64,000 bases of DNA from an uncultured Eubacteriales bacterium (GCA_902470165.1 CABRFF010000002.1:4562-68561); one strand, 5' to 3'. Shown: positions 1 through 10,173, counted from the stretch's first letter. Numbers and translations are program-made. Notes: generated by a model from the sequence alone, not told the origin.

Positions 1-841
1 CCTTCACCTTGACCCAGGTGGTCAAAAATACCTTGGTACCCATAAAGCGCTCCATATCCCGCCTGGCAGAGGTGGAGATTTTTTTCATCATAGCGCCCTG
101 TTTCCCGATGATAATCCCCTTGTGACTGGCCTTTTCGCAGTAAATCGTGGCCTCCACGTCGATGATCTCATTGTCCCGCTCGGAAAACTTGCTGATTTCC
201 ACTGCGGTCCCGTGGGGAATCTCCTTTTGGAGCAGGCGCAGCATTTTTTCCCGCAGAATCTCCGCCATCACCTGTCGCTCCGGCTGGTCCGTGGTCATGT
301 CCTCCGGGAACAACTGGGGTCCCTCGGTCAGGTACTGTCCCAGGGTTTCCATCAACTCTTCCACGCCCTCTCCCTTTTTGGCCGAGATGGGGATGATGGC
401 ATCAAAGTCATGCTCCTTCTGATAGGCTGCGATCACCTCCAGCAGAGCTTCCTTCTGCGCCACTGTATCCGTTTTATTGATCACCAGCACGCAGGGCACC
501 TTCAGTGCCTTGATGCGCTGGATCAGCTGCAGCTCCGGCTCGCCGGGACGTGGAATGGGCTCCACCACCAGCACTGCCGCATCCACATCGTTGATGCTGG
601 CGCGGACCACGCCGTCCATGTATTCCCCCAGCCGGTTGCGTGCTTTGTGGAGGCCCGGCGTATCGGTAAACACGTACTGGCACCCATCCCGGTTCACAAT
701 GCCGCAGATGCGATTGCGCGTGGTCTGAGGCTTGCTGGTGACAATGGCGATTTTCTCCCCCACCAGGGCGTTGAGCAGGGTGGATTTGCCCACATTGGGC
801 CGTCCTACAATGGTAATAATACCAGATTTTTTGATTTCCAT
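1..841 (-). CDS. era: GTPase Era (3' end runs off the window; not in the ORF track)
   Basis: Manual translation from ATG at 841 gives MEIKKSGIITIVGRPNVGKSTLLNALVGEKIAIVTSKPQTTRNRI; DTPG and NKTD G-motifs follow; lies downstream of ybeY. Confidence 0.95.
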   Translation of the reverse strand, partial: MEIKKSGIITIVGRPNVGKSTLLNALVGEKIAIVTSKPQTTRNRICGIVNRDGCQYVFTDTPGLHKARNRLGEYMDGVVRASINDVDAAVLVVEPIPRPGEPELQLIQRIKALKVPCVLVINKTDTVAQKEALLEVIAAYQKEHDFDAIIPISAKKGEGVEELMETLGQYLTEGPQLFPEDMTTDQPERQVMAEILREKMLRLLQKEIPHGTAVEISKFSERDNEIIDVEATIYCEKASHKGIIIGKQGAMMKKISTSARRDMERFMGTKVFLTTWVKVK

Positions 842-868
842 GGTTCTACCTCTGTATTGGAGTGGGAA

Positions 869-1357
869 TTATGCTCTGGGCATCCCCACCTGGTTCATAA
901 TCGCTTCTTCGCGCTGACGCATCTGGGCTTTCTGTTCCCCTTCATCCATGTGGTCATATCCCAGAAGGTGGAGGACAGAGTGAACCGCCAGATAGCCCAA
1001 TTCCCGCTGGACGCTGTGGCCGAATTCCTCCGCCTGGGCCACCGCCCGCTCAAAGGAGATCACCATGTCCCCCAAAGGCAGCCGCCCGGTGGCCGGATCC
1101 AGCAGCGCCTCTGACGTCGGCGGATTTCCCGCTATCAGCTCGAACATGGGAAAAGAGAGCACATCGGTGGGCTTGTCCACCTGCCTCTGTTCCCAGTTGA
1201 TCTGATGGATCCCTGGGTCGTCGGTTATCAGCACATTGATCTCACAGGGCAATTCCACCTGCTCCGCAGTCAGCGCCGCAGTGATGCAGGTCCGCAGCCA
1301 CTCCTCGTAGGGAAAGGTTTCCTCCATCTCGGACGCAAAAATAATATCATGCTCCAT
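869..1357 (-). CDS. ybeY: rRNA maturation endoribonuclease YbeY
   Basis: PTDVLSFP, LGDMVIS and HSVLHLLGYDH (H3xH5xH) motifs. Confidence 0.95.
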   Translation of the reverse strand: MEHDIIFASEMEETFPYEEWLRTCITAALTAEQVELPCEINVLITDDPGIHQINWEQRQVDKPTDVLSFPMFELIAGNPPTSEALLDPATGRLPLGDMVISFERAVAQAEEFGHSVQRELGYLAVHSVLHLLGYDHMDEGEQKAQMRQREEAIMNQVGMPRA

Positions 1358-1369
1358 ACCCAGTTCTCC

Positions 1370-2353
1370 TCACTGCTGATGCTTTTTCGGCGGCGTATTG
1401 CGCCGTCGCTCATCCTCTTCATAGGCCTGAATGATCCGCTGAACCAGCACATGCCGCACCACATCGGCGCCGGTTAGCCGGCAGATGGCGATATCCTCGA
1501 CGCCCTTCAGCACCCGCATGGCCTCTTTCAGGCCGGACACCTGATCTCTGGGCAGGTCGATCTGGGTGATGTCGCCGGTGATCACCACTTTGGAGCCAAA
1601 GCCCAACCGGGTCAGGAACATCTTCATCTGCTCCCGTGAGGTGTTCTGGGCCTCGTCCAGAATGATAAAGGAGTCGTCTAACGTGCGGCCCCGCATATAA
1701 GCCAGAGGCGCCACCTCAATATTGCCCCGCTCCAGATATTTTCCATAAGTCTCCGGACCCAGCATCTCAAACAGCGCGTCATACAGCGGGCGCAGGTAGG
1801 GATCCACCTTGCTCTGCAGGTCGCCGGGCAGGAACCCCAGCCGCTCACCGGCTTCCACCGCCGGACGGGTCAGAATGATGCGGTTGACCTCCCGGGCTTT
1901 GAACGCAGCCACTGCCATGGCCACTGCCAGATAGGTCTTGCCCGTACCGGCCGGACCGACCCCCAGGGTCACAACATTGTTCTGAATGGCCTTGATATAG
2001 GCGGTCTGCCCCACTGTCTTGCCCTTGATGGGCTTTCCACTGGCAGTGACACAGATCACATCCCGGGCCAGCTCGTTGATCTTTCCCTCCTGGCCCCGGA
2101 GCACCAGCTGGAGAACGTAGCGGATATTCTGCTCATTGATGGGTTCCCCTCTCGCACACAGGGACAGCAGGCCCCGCACCGCCTTTTCGGCGTACATCAC
2201 CTGCTCCCCGTCGCCGGAAATCTTCAGTTCATCGTCCCGAACGACAATCTGGACGTGAAGTTCCCGCTCAATAATCCGAATATTTTCGTCAAAGGGCCCG
2301 AATAAGCTGGCCGCCTCCTCCATCCGCTCCAGATTGATGCTCTGTTCTGCCAC
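1370..2353 (-). CDS. phoH: PhoH-family ATPase
   Basis: [31 protein letters not shown] and DEAQN motifs. Confidence 0.95.
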   Translation of the reverse strand: MAEQSINLERMEEAASLFGPFDENIRIIERELHVQIVVRDDELKISGDGEQVMYAEKAVRGLLSLCARGEPINEQNIRYVLQLVLRGQEGKINELARDVICVTASGKPIKGKTVGQTAYIKAIQNNVVTLGVGPAGTGKTYLAVAMAVAAFKAREVNRIILTRPAVEAGERLGFLPGDLQSKVDPYLRPLYDALFEMLGPETYGKYLERGNIEVAPLAYMRGRTLDDSFIILDEAQNTSREQMKMFLTRLGFGSKVVITGDITQIDLPRDQVSGLKEAMRVLKGVEDIAICRLTGADVVRHVLVQRIIQAYEEDERRRNTPPKKHQQ

Positions 2354-2382
2354 GCGCGTTCATCTCCTGTAACCCGGCGCCC

Positions 2383-3603
2383 TCAGCGCCCGTTTGATTC
2401 ACCCGGCTCGCTGTCCTCCAGCTCCAACGTCCGGCCAATCTGCTCGTTGCAGCTGGCCTTTACCATCACCGTCAGGACACCGTCTTTCTCCTCGGTCTCC
2501 CAGGATTGGGACAGCACCGTTCCGTCTGCCACCTCCGCCTTGAGCTGCTCCTGTAACTGCTCCTTCAAGTAGCGCTCCGCACTCTCTCTGGTCAGGGTTG
2601 CCGAAGCCGACTCATAGGAAGTGATTTCCGTTTTGATCCAGCTGACGGGCAGCTCCAAGCCGCCTGGCAACGTCAACTGGTATTCACGGCTTATTTTATC
2701 ATAGTTATCATAGGAAATGCTACTGTTTCTATAAAATTTGATCCGGTGTCCCAGCACCCGCAGGGCATATCGGGTCTGGCCTCCCTGGCTGGCACCTTTT
2801 CCCCGGGTTTTTAACGGGATGGAACGGCGTTCCGTGCGCTCGGTGATGGCCCAGACCTCGCCCTCCGCCCGGACCTCACGGCTGGAAAATTCCTCTCCTG
2901 TGCCGTCCTCATAGGTGACCAGGCCGGAGATCAGCACCTCGCCTTTCAGCACCGCATCTCCCTCCTTCACCATCTCCTTGCCGGCTTTGGCCCCCACTTC
3001 CAGTATCACGCCGTCCCGCACTGCCACCACATCGGCCCGCTTGTTTTTATCCACAATCTTCGGCTTGACGGGCGCCTCCCGGACCACGACTTCTGCCCGG
3101 ATGCCCTTAATGTTGATAGTGAGAAATCCCACATCCTCCAGCTCCAGCAGGGCTCGATTCACCAGATCCCGCTCGTCGACGGCGGGACCATAGCTGCCGA
3201 TGCCAAATCCCAGCCGGTCCAGCTCCGACAGGATCTCCCCGCGGGACACCCGCTCATTTCCGGTGACGTCGATGACAAGGACAAAATTTGACAGGATGCA
3301 GGCCGCCAAAATGGACAGCGCCAGCCCTGCCAGCAGAGCATACCGTTTCCGGAAGCGGGTGAGAAAGGCCGGCATGCCCCGCCGGCCCACCTCCCGCACC
3401 TGGCACATACTGCGGCTGGCCAGCTGCTCCGCCAGTTTCCGGTCCTGAACGGCCAGGGTCACCCGGAGGGTATGGGGATCCGGCTGCTCTACCCGCCAAA
3501 AGGGCACATTCTCCGCCGCACAGATATTGAGAAACCGCTCTGGAAAGGCCCCCGTCAGCTCCAGCTGTACCGACCCCCGCAAGTAGTTGATCACCTTTTG
3601 CAT
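2383..3603 (-). CDS. yqfD: Sporulation protein YqfD
   Basis: ERFLN N-terminus, one TM helix, VKEGDAVLKGEVLISG motif, conserved yqfC-yqfD-phoH order. Confidence 0.88.
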   Translation of the reverse strand: MQKVINYLRGSVQLELTGAFPERFLNICAAENVPFWRVEQPDPHTLRVTLAVQDRKLAEQLASRSMCQVREVGRRGMPAFLTRFRKRYALLAGLALSILAACILSNFVLVIDVTGNERVSRGEILSELDRLGFGIGSYGPAVDERDLVNRALLELEDVGFLTINIKGIRAEVVVREAPVKPKIVDKNKRADVVAVRDGVILEVGAKAGKEMVKEGDAVLKGEVLISGLVTYEDGTGEEFSSREVRAEGEVWAITERTERRSIPLKTRGKGASQGGQTRYALRVLGHRIKFYRNSSISYDNYDKISREYQLTLPGGLELPVSWIKTEITSYESASATLTRESAERYLKEQLQEQLKAEVADGTVLSQSWETEEKDGVLTVMVKASCNEQIGRTLELEDSEPGESNGR

Positions 3604-3618
3604 CCTGTCTCTTCCCCC

Positions 3619-3900
3619 TTATTCCAGCAGCACCGCCCGGATCTCCCCTGTGATCAGCAGCGCGCCGGCGCTCATGGCTTTCAGCTCCAGGCCGGAGCCC
3701 TGAATGCGCACCATGACCTTGCCGCCGCTGACACAGATTTCATCCTCCCGGTAGGAGAGAATGCCGCGGTGGTTCTCCATCCGCAGCTCCTCCCGTCCCA
3801 CCAGTTCAATTCTCGGCAGCCCGGCCACCACATCTCCCGGCAAGTCAAAGGCCTGAGCGGTCCGCGCCAGAAGTCCCAATCGTTGTTTCTGCTCTGACAT
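3619..3900 (-). CDS. yqfC: YabP/YqfC-family sporulation protein
   Basis: DLPGDVVAGLPRIELVG...ENHRGILSY; start refined to MSEQKQ after GGAGG. Confidence 0.88.
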   Translation of the reverse strand: MSEQKQRLGLLARTAQAFDLPGDVVAGLPRIELVGREELRMENHRGILSYREDEICVSGGKVMVRIQGSGLELKAMSAGALLITGEIRAVLLE

Positions 3901-3917
3901 GTACTCGCCTCCAAACC

Positions 3918-3946
3918 AGAATATGCACCTTCCCTCCCGATTTTGC
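3918..3946 (-). promoter_or_regulatory. Possible sigma-E promoter of yqfC-yqfD
   Basis: GCAAAAT-N14-CATATTCT on the minus strand; yqfCD is sigma-E controlled in B. subtilis. Confidence 0.45.
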
Positions 3947-4003
3947 CTGATCTTCCCCGGGACAGGCCTCAGTTGGTCACTTTTTCCGCCCCTTTCCCGC
4001 GAA

Positions 4004-4074
4004 GCCCTAGATATTGGACTTTCCAAAGATATTTTCCACTAGATATTGCGTTTCTCCCAAACTTCTGCTATACT
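4004..4074 (+). promoter_or_regulatory. Tandem NrdR boxes and sigma-A promoter of nrdDG
   Basis: CTAGATATTG cores at 4007 and 4039 (32-bp spacing); TTGCGT(4046)-17-TATACT(4069) with extended TG; second box overlaps the -35. Confidence 0.8.
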
Positions 4075-4157
4075 GGTCCAGCGCAAAGGGCAAGATACCC
4101 AAGGAATATTGCGGAAGTGATACAGCATCGTGCACTGAAGATATGGAGGTTTTTCTG

Positions 4158-6284
4158 GTGAAAGTCATTAAGCGAGACGGCCAAACAGTCGATTTTGATC
4201 GCATGAAAATCGTCGTTGCTATCCAAAAAGCCAACGCCGCAGTGGATCCGGAGTTCCGGGTCTCCCAGGAGCAGATTGACGCCATCGCCGATTCCGTGGA
4301 GGCCCTGCACCGGCCCCGGCTGCTGGTGGAGGACATCCAGGACATGGTAGAGCGGAAACTGGTGGAGACCGGCAAGTATGAGCTGTCCAAGGCCTACATC
4401 ATCTACCGCTACATCCGCTCGCTAGCCCGGAAGCAGAACACCACCGACGAGTCCATCCTGAACCTGCTTCACAACACCAACAAGGAGATGGCAGAGGAGA
4501 ACTCCAACAAGGACACCACCGTGGCCTCCACCCAGCGGGACTACATCGCCGGCATCGTCAGCCGGGATCTGACCCGCCGCATCCTCCTGCCGGAAAAGAT
4601 CTCCAAGGCCCATGACGGCGGCATACTCCACTTCCACGACGCGGACTACTTCGTCCAGCCCATCTTTAACTGCTGCCTGATCAACATCGGCGACATGCTG
4701 GACAACGGCACCATGATGAACGGTAAGCTCATCGAGAGCCCCAAGAGCTTCCAGGTGGCCTGCACCGTCACCACCCAGATCATCGCCTGCGTGGCCTCCA
4801 ACCAGTACGGCGGCCAGAGCGTGGACATCAGCCATCTGGGCAAGTACCTGCGCCGGAGCAAGGAGAAGTTCCGCCGCAAGATCTCCGAGGCCGCCGACGG
4901 CCAGATCAGCGAAGCGCTGCTGGAAAAGCTGGTGGATGAACGGTTGCGCACCGAGCTGTCCAACGGCGTACAAACCATTCAGTATCAGATCAACACCCTG
5001 ATGACCACCAACGGTCAGTCTCCCTTCGTCACCCTATTCCTCTACATCCGGGATGATGATCCCTACGTGGAGGAAAACGCCATGATTATTGAGGAGATTC
5101 TCCGCCAGCGTCTGGTGGGCATCAAAAATGAGAGCGGCGTCTACGTGACCCCCGCCTTCCCCAAGCTGGTCTACGTGCTGGACGAGAACAACAACCTCAC
5201 CGGCGGCCGGTTTGACTACCTGACCCGTCTGGCCGCCAAGTGCTCCGCCAAGCGGATGTACCCCGACTACATCTCCGCCAAAAAGATGCGGGAAAACTAT
5301 GAGGGCAACGTGTTCTCTCCCATGGGTTGCCGCAGCTTCCTGGCACCCTGGAAGGACGAGGACGGCAACTACAAGTTTGAGGGCCGGTTCAACCAGGGCG
5401 TCGTGTCCATCAACCTGCCCCAGATCGGCCTGGAGGTCCGCGGGGACATGGACAAGTTCTGGCCCGAATTTGACCGCCGGCTGGAGCTGTGCCGGGAGGC
5501 CCTGATGTGCCGCCACAACGCGCTGAAGGGCATCAAATCCGACGTCAGCCCCATCCACTGGCAGTACGGTGCTCTGGCCCGGCTGGAAAAGGGCGAGACC
5601 ATCGACAAGCTGCTCTACGGCGGCTACTCCTCCATCTCCCTGGGCTACATCGGTCTGTACGAGCTGACCTATGTGATGACCGGCAAGAGCCACACCTCGC
5701 CGGAGGGTCTGAACTTCGCCCTTCAGGTCATGCAGCACCTGAAGGACACGGTGATGCGCTGGCGCTCGGAGTCCAACATCGGCTTCGCCCTCTACGGCAC
5801 TCCGGCGGAATCCCTGTGCTACCGTTTCGCGGAGATCGACCGGGAGCGCTACGGCACCATCAAAAACGTCACCGATAAGGGTTACTACACTAACTCCTAC
5901 CACGTGGACGTCCGGGAGGACATTGACGCCTTTACCAAGTTCCAGTTTGAGAGCCAGTTCCAGGCCATCTCCAGCGGCGGCTGCATCAGCTATGTGGAGG
6001 TTCCCAACATGAGCCAAAACCTCACCGCTCTGGAGGACGTGATTCACTTTATTTACAACAACATCCAGTACGCCGAGTTCAACACCAAGAGCGATTACTG
6101 TCAGGTCTGCCACTATGACGGCGAAATCACGATCAACGACAACTACGAGTGGGAGTGCCCGGTCTGCGGCAACAAAGACCATAGAAAGATGAATGTGGTC
6201 CGCCGTACCTGCGGTTATCTGGGCGAAAACTTCTGGAATGTGGGCAAAACCAAGGAGATTCGCTCCCGCGTGCTGCATCTGTAA
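4158..6284 (+). CDS. nrdD: Anaerobic (class III) ribonucleoside-triphosphate reductase with N-terminal ATP-cone
   Basis: VIKRDG ATP-cone, MGCRS, YGTPAESL, CxxC..CxxC, RRTCGYLG glycyl-radical motif; GTG start after GGAGG. Confidence 0.96.
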   Translation: MKVIKRDGQTVDFDRMKIVVAIQKANAAVDPEFRVSQEQIDAIADSVEALHRPRLLVEDIQDMVERKLVETGKYELSKAYIIYRYIRSLARKQNTTDESILNLLHNTNKEMAEENSNKDTTVASTQRDYIAGIVSRDLTRRILLPEKISKAHDGGILHFHDADYFVQPIFNCCLINIGDMLDNGTMMNGKLIESPKSFQVACTVTTQIIACVASNQYGGQSVDISHLGKYLRRSKEKFRRKISEAADGQISEALLEKLVDERLRTELSNGVQTIQYQINTLMTTNGQSPFVTLFLYIRDDDPYVEENAMIIEEILRQRLVGIKNESGVYVTPAFPKLVYVLDENNNLTGGRFDYLTRLAAKCSAKRMYPDYISAKKMRENYEGNVFSPMGCRSFLAPWKDEDGNYKFEGRFNQGVVSINLPQIGLEVRGDMDKFWPEFDRRLELCREALMCRHNALKGIKSDVSPIHWQYGALARLEKGETIDKLLYGGYSSISLGYIGLYELTYVMTGKSHTSPEGLNFALQVMQHLKDTVMRWRSESNIGFALYGTPAESLCYRFAEIDRERYGTIKNVTDKGYYTNSYHVDVREDIDAFTKFQFESQFQAISSGGCISYVEVPNMSQNLTALEDVIHFIYNNIQYAEFNTKSDYCQVCHYDGEITINDNYEWECPVCGNKDHRKMNVVRRTCGYLGENFWNVGKTKEIRSRVLHL

Positions 6285-6299
6285 AGGAGGCCGGCCGCC

Positions 6300-6845
6300 A
6301 TGAACTACGCCGCTATCAAAAAACACGATATTGCCAACGGTCCCGGCGTCCGCGTCTCCCTCTTCGTCTCCGGCTGCACCCACCACTGTGACGGCTGCTT
6401 CAATCCGGAGACCTGGGACTTCCACTACGGCACGCCCTACACCACAGAGACCGAGGACGAGCTGCTGGAGGCCTTGGCTCCCGACTACATCCGCGGCCTG
6501 TCCCTGCTGGGCGGCGAGCCCATGGAGCCTGCTCATCAGGCGGCGCTGCTCCCGCTGCTCCGCCGGTTACGCCAGCTTTACCCGGACAAAACAGTCTGGT
6601 GCTACAGCGGTTATGACTTTGAAAAGGACATCCTGGCGGGCCAGCTGGGCCCCTGGGAGGTCACCCAGGAGGTGCTCTCCTACCTGGATGTGCTGGTAGA
6701 CGGTGAGTTTCACCGGAAGGAGAAAGATCTTACCCTCCGTTTCCGGGGCAGCCGCAATCAGCGGGTGATTGATGTTCCCAAATCCCTGGAAAGCGATCAG
6801 GTTATCTGGTGGGATGATGAATTTGGCATCGGCGTTCCCGATTAA
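6300..6845 (+). CDS. nrdG: Anaerobic RNR activating radical-SAM enzyme
   Basis: DIANGPGVRVSLFVSGCTHHCDGCFN (CxxxCxxC), LLGGEP, FRGSRNQR. Confidence 0.96.
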   Translation: MNYAAIKKHDIANGPGVRVSLFVSGCTHHCDGCFNPETWDFHYGTPYTTETEDELLEALAPDYIRGLSLLGGEPMEPAHQAALLPLLRRLRQLYPDKTVWCYSGYDFEKDILAGQLGPWEVTQEVLSYLDVLVDGEFHRKEKDLTLRFRGSRNQRVIDVPKSLESDQVIWWDDEFGIGVPD

Positions 6846-6863
6846 AAACGTAATTTTCTCTCC

Positions 6864-6893
6864 AAGCGTGCGGTTCTGTGACCGCACGCTTTT
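6864..6893 (+). terminator. Intrinsic terminator after nrdG
   Basis: AAGCGTGCGG/CCGCACGCTT stem followed by T residues. Confidence 0.7.
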
Positions 6894-6897
6894 CTCC

Positions 6898-6925
6898 GTC
6901 TATTTCCCGGGCGGGCGCATATACT
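6898..6925 (+). promoter_or_regulatory. Possible sigma-E promoter of ylbJ
   Basis: GTCTATTT...CATATACT just upstream of the GAGGTG RBS. Confidence 0.45.
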
Positions 6926-6942
6926 CGGACGAGGTGGTTACC

Positions 6943-8076
6943 ATGACCCTGTCCCATCCCCGCCAGATCCTACGCTCCCTGCTCACCGGCGGACTGCTAT
7001 TCGCCTTCTGTGTCGGACTGCTGCGCTGGCCCGCGGCTGCCGCGTCCGCCGCGAAAAACGGGCTGTTGCTGTGCGGTGATCTGATTATTCCCTCTCTGTT
7101 CCCCTTCTTTATTCTCTCCACCCTGACCGTATCCCTGGGCTTTTCCGCTCTGCTGGGCCATCTGCTGGAGCCGCTGATGCAGCCACTCTTCCACCAGAGC
7201 GGCGCGGGCGCCTCCGCACTGGTGCTGGGCTTCATCGGCGGGTACCCAGTGGGTGCCAAAACCGTATGCACCCTCTATCAGGAACAGCTGTGCACCCGGG
7301 AACAGGCCCAGTCTCTGCTGGCCTTCTGTAACAACTCGGGACCCGCGTTTATCATCGGAGCGGCGGGCATCGCCGTCTTTCAGAGCGCGAAAGTCGGTTT
7401 TATCCTGATGGCCATTCAAATTCTCTCCGCCCTGCTGGTGGGTATTCTGCTTCGGCCACCGAAAAAAATGCCCTCTCCGGAACCCCATCGCTCTACACCA
7501 ACTCAGCGCAAAAGCGTGGCAAAGTGTATCACTGAGTCTGTGGGACAGTCCGCCACTGCAACGCTGAATATCTGTGCCTATGTGATTTTATTCAACGTCA
7601 TGATTCAACTGTTGGACAGCTGTGGATTTCTGGACCTCTGCGAGACATTGCTCTCCCTCTCCCACTGCCCGGCTGTGTGGCAAAAGGGTCTGTTGGCGGG
7701 CATTCTGGAGCTGTCTAACGGCATTTCCGCCCTGACCAACACGCCCAGCACCCTCATTCCCGCCGCCTTTCTCCTGAGCTGGGGTGGACTGTCAGTGCAC
7801 TGCCAAACCCTCTCCCTGCTTCAGGGCTATGATCTGAATATCCGCCGTTATCTGCTGGGCAAGCTGCTCCAGACCTGTCTCTCCGCCGCACTGGCCTGTC
7901 TCTTTTTGCAACTGTTTCCCGCGGCTCTGGCCACCCTTCAGTTCAGCAGCTCACCCGCACCCGATCCCGCCTGGCTGCCCACCGCCGGACGTTGGGCCGG
8001 TCTGATCTCTCTGGCACTGAGTGCCATATTGTTGGCGGCGGCGGCAATTGCCGGCAGAAAAAGCACTGGAAAGTGA
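6943..8076 (+). CDS. ylbJ: Sporulation integral membrane protein YlbJ (SpoVV-like, nucleoside recognition gate)
   Basis: IIPSLFPFFILS, GGYPVGA, CNNSGPAF, GILELSNG and WGGLSVHCQ motifs; start refined to 6943. Confidence 0.85.
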   Translation: MTLSHPRQILRSLLTGGLLFAFCVGLLRWPAAAASAAKNGLLLCGDLIIPSLFPFFILSTLTVSLGFSALLGHLLEPLMQPLFHQSGAGASALVLGFIGGYPVGAKTVCTLYQEQLCTREQAQSLLAFCNNSGPAFIIGAAGIAVFQSAKVGFILMAIQILSALLVGILLRPPKKMPSPEPHRSTPTQRKSVAKCITESVGQSATATLNICAYVILFNVMIQLLDSCGFLDLCETLLSLSHCPAVWQKGLLAGILELSNGISALTNTPSTLIPAAFLLSWGGLSVHCQTLSLLQGYDLNIRRYLLGKLLQTCLSAALACLFLQLFPAALATLQFSSSPAPDPAWLPTAGRWAGLISLALSAILLAAAAIAGRKSTGK

Positions 8077-8145
8077 CGGCAGAGACGTGTATAATAGGCT
8101 TCATACGACCGACAATGCCGGAAACACGAAAAGGAGATACCGTTT

Positions 8146-8355
8146 ATGCTGTTCCGAAAAGATATTGAGCCACGCTGCGTCTATTGTGCGCATGGAACCG
8201 CAGTGGGCGGCGATCAGGTCGCCTGTCTGAAAAAGGGCGTCGTACAGGCGGGCTTCCACTGCCGCGCCTTCCGCTATGACCCGCTTCAGCGCGTCCCGCC
8301 TCAGCCGGCACATCTGGATTTTTCCAAGTTAAAAGAGGAAGATTTTTCCCTGTAA
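8146..8355 (+). CDS. Small Cys-rich hypothetical protein (69 aa)
   Basis: AAGGAG RBS, TG-TATAAT at about 8086-8094, own terminator at 8364-8386; CxxC..C..C pattern. Confidence 0.7.
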   Translation: MLFRKDIEPRCVYCAHGTAVGGDQVACLKKGVVQAGFHCRAFRYDPLQRVPPQPAHLDFSKLKEEDFSL

Positions 8356-8492
8356 CCCATTTTAGAGCGGCTTTGTCCGCTCTTTTTGTCTGACAGGCAT
8401 AGTTTTCGCGCTTTTGGACAAAGTAAAGGCACAAAACACGGAGATAATGACAAACCATGCCGCGTTTTGTTACTTGAAAGGGAGGGTTTCCT

Positions 8493-8708
8493 ATGTTTAA
8501 CAAAATTGCTCTGATCCTGACCATCATCGGCGGGATTAACTGGGGCCTGATCGGCTTTTTCCAGTTCGACCTGGTTGCCTTTATCTGCGGCGGTTCCGCC
8601 AGCGTCGTCAGTCGCGTTATCTACGCTCTGGTTGGTCTGGCCGCCCTGTGGTGTATTTCCCTGCTGTTCCGGGACGAGGACCCTGTGCGAGCGGAAACAG
8701 CCCACTGA
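8493..8708 (+). CDS. DUF378 (YuzA-like) small membrane protein
   Basis: IIGGINWGLIGFFQFDLVA...RVIYALVGLA signature; GGAGG RBS. Confidence 0.9.
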   Translation: MFNKIALILTIIGGINWGLIGFFQFDLVAFICGGSASVVSRVIYALVGLAALWCISLLFRDEDPVRAETAH

Positions 8709-8748
8709 TATCAGATCTGGCACACCTTTAACACCGCCTGACAGGCGA

Positions 8749-8790
8749 AAAAATCCACCATATAGCCGGCTGGCCATATGGTGGATTTTC
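8749..8790. terminator. Bidirectional terminator between DUF378 and the AI-2E gene
   Basis: AAAATCCACCATAT...ATATGGTGGATTTT inverted repeat between convergent genes. Confidence 0.7.
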
Positions 8791-8793
8791 TTA

Positions 8794-9936
8794 TCAGGAC
8801 GGAGGCACCTGCTCCGGTTGATCTGACTGACGCTTGGAACGAACCGCTACATCTGTGCGCAGCATTTTGTACAGTGCCGCTGCCACGGGAACGCTGATAA
8901 AAATACCCAGGATTCCCAGCATACCGCCACCTACGGTGATGGCGGCCAACACCCAAATACCGGGCAGTCCGATGGAAGTGCCCACCACCTTGGGATAAAT
9001 CAGGTTTCCCTCCAGCTGCTGCAGCACCACGATAAACACGATGAACAGCAGCGCCTTCATGGGAGAAACGGTGAGGATCAGCACCGCTCCCACAATGGCA
9101 CCGATATAGGCGCCCGCCACGGGAATCAGCGCTGTCACACCCACCAGTGCGCCAATGGTCACCGCATAGGGGAATCGACAGAGCAGCATGCCCGCGATAC
9201 AGAGCAGTCCCAAAATCACCGCCTCCGAGCACTGCCCTACAATGTAGCTGTGGAAGGACTGATCCAGGGTGCGGAGTACATAGTACAGACGCTCCCGGGG
9301 CTTGGGCTTCAGATAGACCTGGAGCAACCGCTTGACCTGTCCGCCAATCCGCTCCTTGCCCATCAGCAGGTAGATGGAGAACACAAAGGCCAGGGCCAGG
9401 TTCACCACCGAGGAGAACACAGAGCTGACAGTGGTGACCACCAGATCCACAGTACCGCCCACGCCGGCGGTGAGCCAGCTGATCACCTGTTTTAACGCAC
9501 TCTCCCAGTCAGTTCGCTGAATCCGCTCGAATACCTCTTCCGGCAACACGGTCGCCAGATCCGGCATAGATTCCAGCTTTCTGGCCAGGACAACAATCTG
9601 CCGGAAGAGCATTTGCAACGCCGTCACTAGCTGCGGAACAACCAGCTGGAGCACCAGCACCAGAATCGCGATCACACTGAGGTAGGTCAAAATCATGCAG
9701 GCCGGCCTGCGTACCTTTGCCAGTTTTGGAAGGCGTCCCTGTGGCCACAGCCGCCGCTCATAAAAACACATCAGAATGTTGGCCACATAGGCCAGTGCGC
9801 AGCCCAGCAGCAATGGGATTCCCGCACGGAGCATAACAACTACCAACCCGGAAAATGTGTCCCAATAGTGTACTACCAAAAAGAACAGCAGGCCCACAAT
9901 CCCAAGCCGTATACAGTTTTTCCACTCTACTTTCAT
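8794..9936 (-). CDS. AI-2E (PerM) family transporter
   Basis: LIPVAGAYIG, LQQLEGNLIYPKVVG, GILGIFISVP motifs; multiple TM segments. Confidence 0.9.
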   Translation of the reverse strand: MKVEWKNCIRLGIVGLLFFLVVHYWDTFSGLVVVMLRAGIPLLLGCALAYVANILMCFYERRLWPQGRLPKLAKVRRPACMILTYLSVIAILVLVLQLVVPQLVTALQMLFRQIVVLARKLESMPDLATVLPEEVFERIQRTDWESALKQVISWLTAGVGGTVDLVVTTVSSVFSSVVNLALAFVFSIYLLMGKERIGGQVKRLLQVYLKPKPRERLYYVLRTLDQSFHSYIVGQCSEAVILGLLCIAGMLLCRFPYAVTIGALVGVTALIPVAGAYIGAIVGAVLILTVSPMKALLFIVFIVVLQQLEGNLIYPKVVGTSIGLPGIWVLAAITVGGGMLGILGIFISVPVAAALYKMLRTDVAVRSKRQSDQPEQVPPS

Positions 9937-10173
9937 AATTATTTCATCAACATCCTCTCTCGCCAACCCTCAATCCGTCGAAATTGAGTTGGGATCAATT
10001 TGATTCATCACCGTATTGTTGCAATGCATACCCATCCAAAGCTCTGTTCCGTTTGAAAACGGTTATTCAGAAAGAGCACACACGATTCGTCTCCTCGCAT
10101 TTAGACAGGAACAGTATGACAGAATGAAATCTGTACTGTCAAGAGGCGGCCCTTTCTTTGTGGTACGTCCCCC

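Noticed and set aside
4158..6284. Intron or intein in nrdD (a frequent host)
   Set aside because: The ORF is continuous and of normal length, with no splicing motifs.
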